Shown piece after piece: positions 27,856 to 32,451 of a stretch of DNA of 32,451 bases. The notes below the pieces were generated by a model, which saw only the letters and a program-made list of their open reading frames with translations, had not been told where the DNA came from and made no database searches. The number at the start of each line of letters is the position of its first letter. Position 1 is the first letter of the stretch. The position numbers and the translations under genes are program-made. This stretch comes from Thermoanaerobaculia bacterium (GTDB lineage: Bacteria > Acidobacteriota > Thermoanaerobaculia > UBA5066): positions 1 to 32,451 of the forward strand of contig JAJVIN010000021.1 in NCBI GenBank assembly GCA_022071945.1, read 5' to 3'.

Positions 27856-29784
27856 TCAGGGAGACGGCGGAGACGCCTGATCCTTCTTCGGGAAGGGCCG
27901 GCCCAGCCAGGAGGAGAAAAAACCTTCTTGAGAGGGCTCCGGTTTCTCCACGGGGCCGAGGTCGTAGCGCGAGAATCGCCGAGCTCCCAGGACGACCGGG
28001 ATTTCCGTGAGCTGGCTCCGGCGGAAAACGTGGAGCTTGACGGTGTCGCCGGGCTTGAGGTCATTCTCGACGCGCTTCAAGAGGGCCTCATCGGCCTTGA
28101 AGCCATCGATGGCCACGATCTCGTCCTTCGCGTTGATGCCCGCCCGCTGTGCGGCCCCGGCCGTGTAAACCTCGGTGACGGTGAGGCGCCCCTCTTCCGT
28201 CTTGGTCTTCCACCGGAAATCGGGCTTTTCTTTCACCTCGGGATCCCTGGGGTTCTTGGGGTCCTTCGACTCGTCTTCGTCTCCATCCTTCTCGGGTTTC
28301 TCGACGAGGGACAAACCGGCCGGGAGGAAGAGGGTCTCAAACGGCGGAGTCTTCGTCCCCTCGACGTACTCCTCGAAGAAGTGCCGCGCCGGAAAGCCAG
28401 TCGCCTCGACGATCACTTTCTCGAGGGCCCCTTCGGGATAGCCTTCTTCGCTGTTCCCGTAGAGAGCCATGAGGCGGCGCAGGACATCGTCCAGGGAAAA
28501 GCGTCCTCCCGAGCTCTGGCGAATCGAGAGGTCGAGGGCGAGGCCGATCAGGGCTCCTCGCCGGTAGTAGCTCTCGGACACGTTCGGTGAGTTCTCGTCG
28601 GGGCGGTAGAGGCGGATCCAGGTGTCAAAGGACGAGGCCTCTGCGCTCTGAACGGCGGTGCCCGGAGTCTCGCGGTGCGCCTTGATCGATTTCGCCCAGT
28701 CCTCGAAGGCATGCTTCGGCTCCACGAGGCCGGCACGGACGATCAGAAGCCACTCGTAATAGGAGGTGATCCCCTCCATCGCCCACAAGTCTCTGGTGTA
28801 GACCTCTTTCGTGTAATCGATCCGCGCCAGGGGTTCCGGGCGAACTCTCTTCACGTTCCAGGTGTGAAAGAACTCGTGTGCGAAAAGCGCGAGGACGTCG
28901 CGGTATTCCTTTTCGGGCTGGAAGTGCCAGGGAGAGATCCCGACCGACTGCGAGTTTCGGTGCTCGAGGCCTCCACCTGCCCCCGCGGCGATGTGCACGA
29001 GAAACACATAGCGGTCATAGGGCAGGCCTCCGAAGATCGACGAAGTCGTCTCGACGATCTTCGTCAAGTCACGCACGAGACGGTCTTCATCCTCGTTTCC
29101 GCGGCCCCAGATCGCAAGGACGTGAGGCTTGCCCCCGGCCGTGAACTCCAGGACCCTGTGAGTCCCGCATTCGAAGGGCGAATCCACGAGTTCGTCGTAG
29201 TCGACGGCGAAGAAGAAACCCTCCTTCTCCGGCAAGGCGATGGTCGGACGCCAGCCGTCAGGAAGCCTGAAGGCAAGCCTCTGGGGTTCGGCCTTCCGGC
29301 CTTCCACGTAGAGAAAGAGGCTCGTCCCATTGCCGTAGGCGTGGCTCGAGTCGACGTGAGAGGAGCGAACGTTCAACTCGTTGGCGTAGACCCTGTACCG
29401 GACGCGGAACCCGCCACGCCTCCTATTCTTCGGAACCTTCACCCGCCACCGGTTCTTCTCGATCTTCTCCGCCTGGAGGGCTTCGCCTGTCTCCGTTGAG
29501 ACGGCGAGATCCCTCAGGTTGCGGGAGAAGTCGCGCACCGAGTACGAGCCGGGGGCCCAGACCGGCATCACGAGCTCGAACGCCGCGACCCCTTTCGAGA
29601 AGGGGGGGACGAGCATCTCGATTTCGACGAGATGGGTTGAAGGCTCCGGAACGGAAAGAACAAAGGTGAACGGCTGTGCGCTCTCGACAGGCAGAGACAT
29701 GGCTCCTCCGGCGACGATGAAGGCCAGGCATGATAGCGCCGTCCAGGGCGCGCAGAGGAGGAGACGCGAGGCGAGGCGTCTCAC
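27856..29784 (-). CDS. M61 family glycyl aminopeptidase with a C-terminal PDZ domain (secreted)
   Basis: Zinc motif 'HEFFHTWN' is the M61 signature. PDZ-like 'GINAKDEIVAIDGFKA'. Signal peptide 'RLLLCAPWTALSCLAFIVAGGA'. GTG start sits 17 nt after the lexA stop. Confidence 0.85.
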   Translation of the reverse strand: MRRLASRLLLCAPWTALSCLAFIVAGGAMSLPVESAQPFTFVLSVPEPSTHLVEIEMLVPPFSKGVAAFELVMPVWAPGSYSVRDFSRNLRDLAVSTETGEALQAEKIEKNRWRVKVPKNRRRGGFRVRYRVYANELNVRSSHVDSSHAYGNGTSLFLYVEGRKAEPQRLAFRLPDGWRPTIALPEKEGFFFAVDYDELVDSPFECGTHRVLEFTAGGKPHVLAIWGRGNEDEDRLVRDLTKIVETTSSIFGGLPYDRYVFLVHIAAGAGGGLEHRNSQSVGISPWHFQPEKEYRDVLALFAHEFFHTWNVKRVRPEPLARIDYTKEVYTRDLWAMEGITSYYEWLLIVRAGLVEPKHAFEDWAKSIKAHRETPGTAVQSAEASSFDTWIRLYRPDENSPNVSESYYRRGALIGLALDLSIRQSSGGRFSLDDVLRRLMALYGNSEEGYPEGALEKVIVEATGFPARHFFEEYVEGTKTPPFETLFLPAGLSLVEKPEKDGDEDESKDPKNPRDPEVKEKPDFRWKTKTEEGRLTVTEVYTAGAAQRAGINAKDEIVAIDGFKADEALLKRVENDLKPGDTVKLHVFRRSQLTEIPVVLGARRFSRYDLGPVEKPEPSQEGFFSSWLGRPFPKKDQASPPSP

Positions 29785-29801
29785 CGCTGCTCGAGCCGCA
29801 T

Positions 29802-30419
29802 TCAGTATTTCCGCATCAGACCGACGACGATGCCCTGCACTTCCACTTCGTCGGCCCGCGCCAGGATCGGCTGCATCGCCTGGTTCGAAGGCTGGAGACG
29901 GACCCGGTTGTCCGCCTCGCGATGGAACCGCTTCAGGGTCGCTTCCCCCTTGACGAGCGCGGCCACGAGCTCGCCGTTCTCGGCGGTCGCCCGGCGCTGC
30001 AGGACGACGAGATCACCGTCCTGGATTCCCTCGTCGATCATCGACTCTCCCCGGACCTTCAGAACGAAGTTCTCTCCCCGGCGCGTCAGCATCTCGGGGA
30101 CGAGGACCAGCTCCGTTCCGGGAAGGACCTCTATCGGACTGCCGGCAGCGATCCTGCCCAGAAGTGGCAGCTGCAGGAGCCCCTTCTCCGCACCCGCACC
30201 TTCGCCGCTGACGAGAAGGGACCGCCGCTTGTTCTTCTCCCTGACGAGAATCCCTTTATCCATCAGCAGCCGAATGTGCTTCTGCAGCGTCCCGAACGAC
30301 GAGTAGCCGAAGTTCTGGCAGATCTCGCGCTGGGTCGGCGAGACGCCCTTTCGGCGGCGATAGTCGCGGATGAAGTCCAGGATTTCTTTCTGACGCGGAG
30401 TCAGCGCGATCTCAGACAT
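29802..30419 (-). CDS. lexA: LexA SOS repressor
   Basis: 'MSEIALTPRQKEILDFIRDYRRRKGVSPTQREICQNFGYSS..' is the wHTH domain. 'LPLLGRIAAGSPIE' carries the Ala-Gly cleavage site. 'VRGESMIDEGIQDGDLVVL' is the S24 Ser region, and 'GIVVGLMRKY' the C-terminus. The start is taken at the M of MSEIALT; the ORF is open to 30488. Confidence 0.9.
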   Translation of the reverse strand: MSEIALTPRQKEILDFIRDYRRRKGVSPTQREICQNFGYSSFGTLQKHIRLLMDKGILVREKNKRRSLLVSGEGAGAEKGLLQLPLLGRIAAGSPIEVLPGTELVLVPEMLTRRGENFVLKVRGESMIDEGIQDGDLVVLQRRATAENGELVAALVKGEATLKRFHREADNRVRLQPSNQAMQPILARADEVEVQGIVVGLMRKY

Positions 30420-30475
30420 GGCGGGATCCCCCCGCGAGGGGTCGAGGAAAGCGGGCGTGTTCCATGATCGCCCCC

Positions 30476-30504
30476 ATACTAGGCGCAAGGAAGGCGTATA
30501 TCAA
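30476..30504 (-). promoter_or_regulatory. lexA promoter: TTGATA-N17-TAGTAT (minus strand)
   Basis: The minus strand reads '...TTGATAtacgccttccttgcgccTAGTATgggggcgatcatggaacacg...'. The -35 is at 30504-30499 and the -10 at 30481-30476. This leaves a ~50-nt leader before the lexA ATG. Confidence 0.45.
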
Positions 30505-30529
30505 GCGGAATTTCGCCGCGAACTCACCG

Positions 30530-32451
30530 TCACCGAAGGAGAACGGAGAGCTTCTTGTTCGTGTCGAGCTCCAGGCGAAGGGTGCGACCCTCTCCGCCTG
30601 GGATCTCCAATACCGTCGGCAAGTACTGCCGAACGCTGTTGTCCGTGGAGATGACCCAGATCTTGAACTCGCCCCGGCCCGCGGGGATCTGGACGGACCC
30701 CTCGATGACGCCCCCCTGGGACTTCCGGCCGAAGCTGATGGTGCGGCGGAAGATCTCCTTGTCGTTATGCCGGATCATCACGTATCCGTCGGTGATCGGA
30801 CAGTCGAAGTAGATCTTGACGGAGGCGGTTGCCGGAGTAGGAGTCGGCGGAATCGCGGCGACGGGTTCCTTCTTGGTTTCGACGACGCGGATGGGGGTGG
30901 GAGTCGGTTTCGCTTTCTTCTTGGCGAGTTCTTCCTTCTTCTGCTGCTCGGTGGCCGCCTTGGCCGTCGCGGCCTTCCGGTCTTCGCTCGCCTGCTTCAG
31001 GGCCAGAGCGTCCGCGTTTCCTGGATCCACGGCCAGAGCGGCTTCGGCCTCGGCGATCGCGCGTTCGTCATCACCGGTGCTCTGAGCCTGGCGGGCCGCG
31101 GTCAGCCGGGTGAGGATCTCGTTTGTCCTGGCGTCGCGCTTCTGCTGTTCACCAAGGAGGACCTCTGTCTTCTGCACGGCGTCCCGGGCCGCTGCGGAAT
31201 CAGGAGCCCGGTTGGCGAGCTCGCGATACTTCGCCAGAGCTTCGGCGTACTTCCCTTCCATGACCAGCCGGTTGCCGTCTTCCATGAGGGTCCGGTTCTC
31301 GGCCACTCTCTTGGCGAGCGAGTCCTCGACGGGCGCGGTCGGTTTCTCCTCCGAGGAGCGCCTGAGCAGGAAGAACCCCGCGATCGCGAGCGCGATCAGG
31401 ACGCTGCCCCCGAGAATCAGATAGACGTAGCGATTGGTTACCTCGCGCTTGAGGCTGCTCGTCGGGATCGACTTCGTCGTAGTCGTGGCCGGGAGCGCCG
31501 GGATGGGGACGGGCCCGGACGGCACGGACGCCGGTTTCTTCGCGGCCGGCGGCGGAGCGAGCGGCGGAGGAGTCTTGGCGGAGGGTGGAGGCGCGGTTGT
31601 GCGTTGCGGCGGATGTGCGAGGTCCGGCGACAGAGAAGAAGGCGGTGCGGAGGCCGGTTTTGCTGCCGCGGGACCCGGCGGAGGCACGAGCGGCTCCGGA
31701 ATCTTGACGGGCGGTGGCGGGGCCACGGAAGGGAAGGGCTTCCCCGCGCTGGAAGGGGGTGCCGTGACGGGAGGCGCCGAGGGAACGGGTGTCACGGCCG
31801 GAGGCGTGGGACGACTCGACGTCGGAATCGGGCCCGTTACGGGCGACACGGGCTGCTGCTGAGACGCGGCAGCCGCGGCCAGCGTGGCTTTCACCATGCG
31901 GGCCGCATCCGTGATGATCTCGGTCGGTCTGTTTTCCGAGTCGTAGCCCGGGAGCGGTTTCTGAGCGCTCACGGTGGCGGCCGGAGCGGCTGCCGTCCGA
32001 GGCGGGGCCACGGGAGCGGGAGATGCGGGAGGAGCTGCGGGTACGGCCGGCATGGCCGGAACCGAGGGCCGCCGGCCGGGGTCGGTCGCGGGCCGTCCAG
32101 ACGGAGCGACCGGGGCCTGGGCCGAGGAGGTCCGCCCGAAGAGATCCGTTGTCGAGATCCGTTCGGTCAGCCCGTCGGGATTCGGCTCCATGCCCATCAG
32201 TGCCGATGGTTCCGGTATCTTGGGCAGCCCGCCCCGCTCTTCCCCTCTTCCTCGAGAGGATTTGCCGGTTTCCTCGGCTTGCGACGCGGGCTTGGCAGCA
32301 GAGGAAGGAGGCGCGGAAGGCGCCGGGCGGGCAGGCGCGGGCTGCGGAGGCTTGGCCTGAGGACGGGCGGCCTCCTCGTCCAGCTGCCAATCCTGCTGCG
32401 AACCTTGTGCCGGCCGGCTCCTTCCACCGGGAGGAGTCGAGTCGAAGTCCG
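30530..32451 (-). CDS. Bitopic membrane protein with a Pro-rich cytoplasmic N-region, a periplasmic TPR-like helical region and a C-terminal beta domain. It is partial: the 5' end lies beyond the window.
   Basis: Listed as a 555-aa ORF, but the frame stays open with no stop from 32198 to the window end, so the N-terminus continues upstream. Contains PAPV/APP Pro-rich repeats, a TM helix 'YVYLILGGSVLIALAIAGFFLL', TPR-like 'GKYAEALAKYRELANRAPDSAAARDA' and a C-terminal 'IYFDCPITDGYVMIRHN...' beta region. Confidence 0.6.
   Translation of the reverse strand, partial: DFDSTPPGGRSRPAQGSQQDWQLDEEAARPQAKPPQPAPARPAPSAPPSSAAKPASQAEETGKSSRGRGEERGGLPKIPEPSALMGMEPNPDGLTERISTTDLFGRTSSAQAPVAPSGRPATDPGRRPSVPAMPAVPAAPPASPAPVAPPRTAAAPAATVSAQKPLPGYDSENRPTEIITDAARMVKATLAAAAASQQQPVSPVTGPIPTSSRPTPPAVTPVPSAPPVTAPPSSAGKPFPSVAPPPPVKIPEPLVPPPGPAAAKPASAPPSSLSPDLAHPPQRTTAPPPSAKTPPPLAPPPAAKKPASVPSGPVPIPALPATTTTKSIPTSSLKREVTNRYVYLILGGSVLIALAIAGFFLLRRSSEEKPTAPVEDSLAKRVAENRTLMEDGNRLVMEGKYAEALAKYRELANRAPDSAAARDAVQKTEVLLGEQQKRDARTNEILTRLTAARQAQSTGDDERAIAEAEAALAVDPGNADALALKQASEDRKAATAKAATEQQKKEELAKKKAKPTPTPIRVVETKKEPVAAIPPTPTPATASVKIYFDCPITDGYVMIRHNDKEIFRRTISFGRKSQGGVIEGSVQIPAGRGEFKIWVISTDNSVRQYLPTVLEIPGGEGRTLRLELDTNKKLSVLLR

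Noticed and set aside
1-32451. CRISPR arrays, tRNA/rRNA genes, integrase or att sites
   Set aside because: No regularly spaced repeats, no cloverleaf-like or rRNA-like segments and no integrase motif were seen. Apart from the decayed transposase remnant there is no evidence for a mobile island or for anomalous GC content.

Overview
This ~32.5-kb window is high-GC (roughly 70% by eye) with almost no non-coding DNA, so it is probably chromosomal. The phylum cannot be named from sequence alone; a high-GC Gram-negative lineage such as Acidobacteriota or Myxococcota would fit. On the minus strand, from left to right in window coordinates, lie an N-truncated IS200/RAYT-like Y1-transposase remnant at the left edge, a gliding-type ABC cluster (DUF4340, GldG-like, ABC-2 permease, ABC ATPase), a LysM/Amidase_3 cell-wall amidase, and gatA-gatC. 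A CCA/poly(A)-polymerase-family nucleotidyltransferase is transcribed divergently. A ~16.8-kb plus-strand gene train follows with near-zero gaps: PilT-family ATPase with a coiled-coil tail, a membrane-anchored beta-propeller protein, a secreted VIT+vWA protein, a 2567-aa secreted alpha-helical giant, a 542-aa secreted unknown, and a secreted fusion of a class-D-beta-lactamase/PBP-like penicillin-binding domain to a SpoIID/LytB domain. The right end carries, on the minus strand, a PDZ-containing M61 peptidase, lexA with a clear sigma70-like promoter, and a proline-rich TM/TPR protein that runs off the window edge. The most interesting candidate for a new system is the tightly coupled train of four signal-peptide proteins (VIT-vWA, giant helical protein, unknown, beta-lactamase-like-SpoIID), preceded by the PilT-like ATPase and the propeller protein. 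No rRNA, tRNA or CRISPR was found. All functional calls come from motifs read by eye; no database search was possible.
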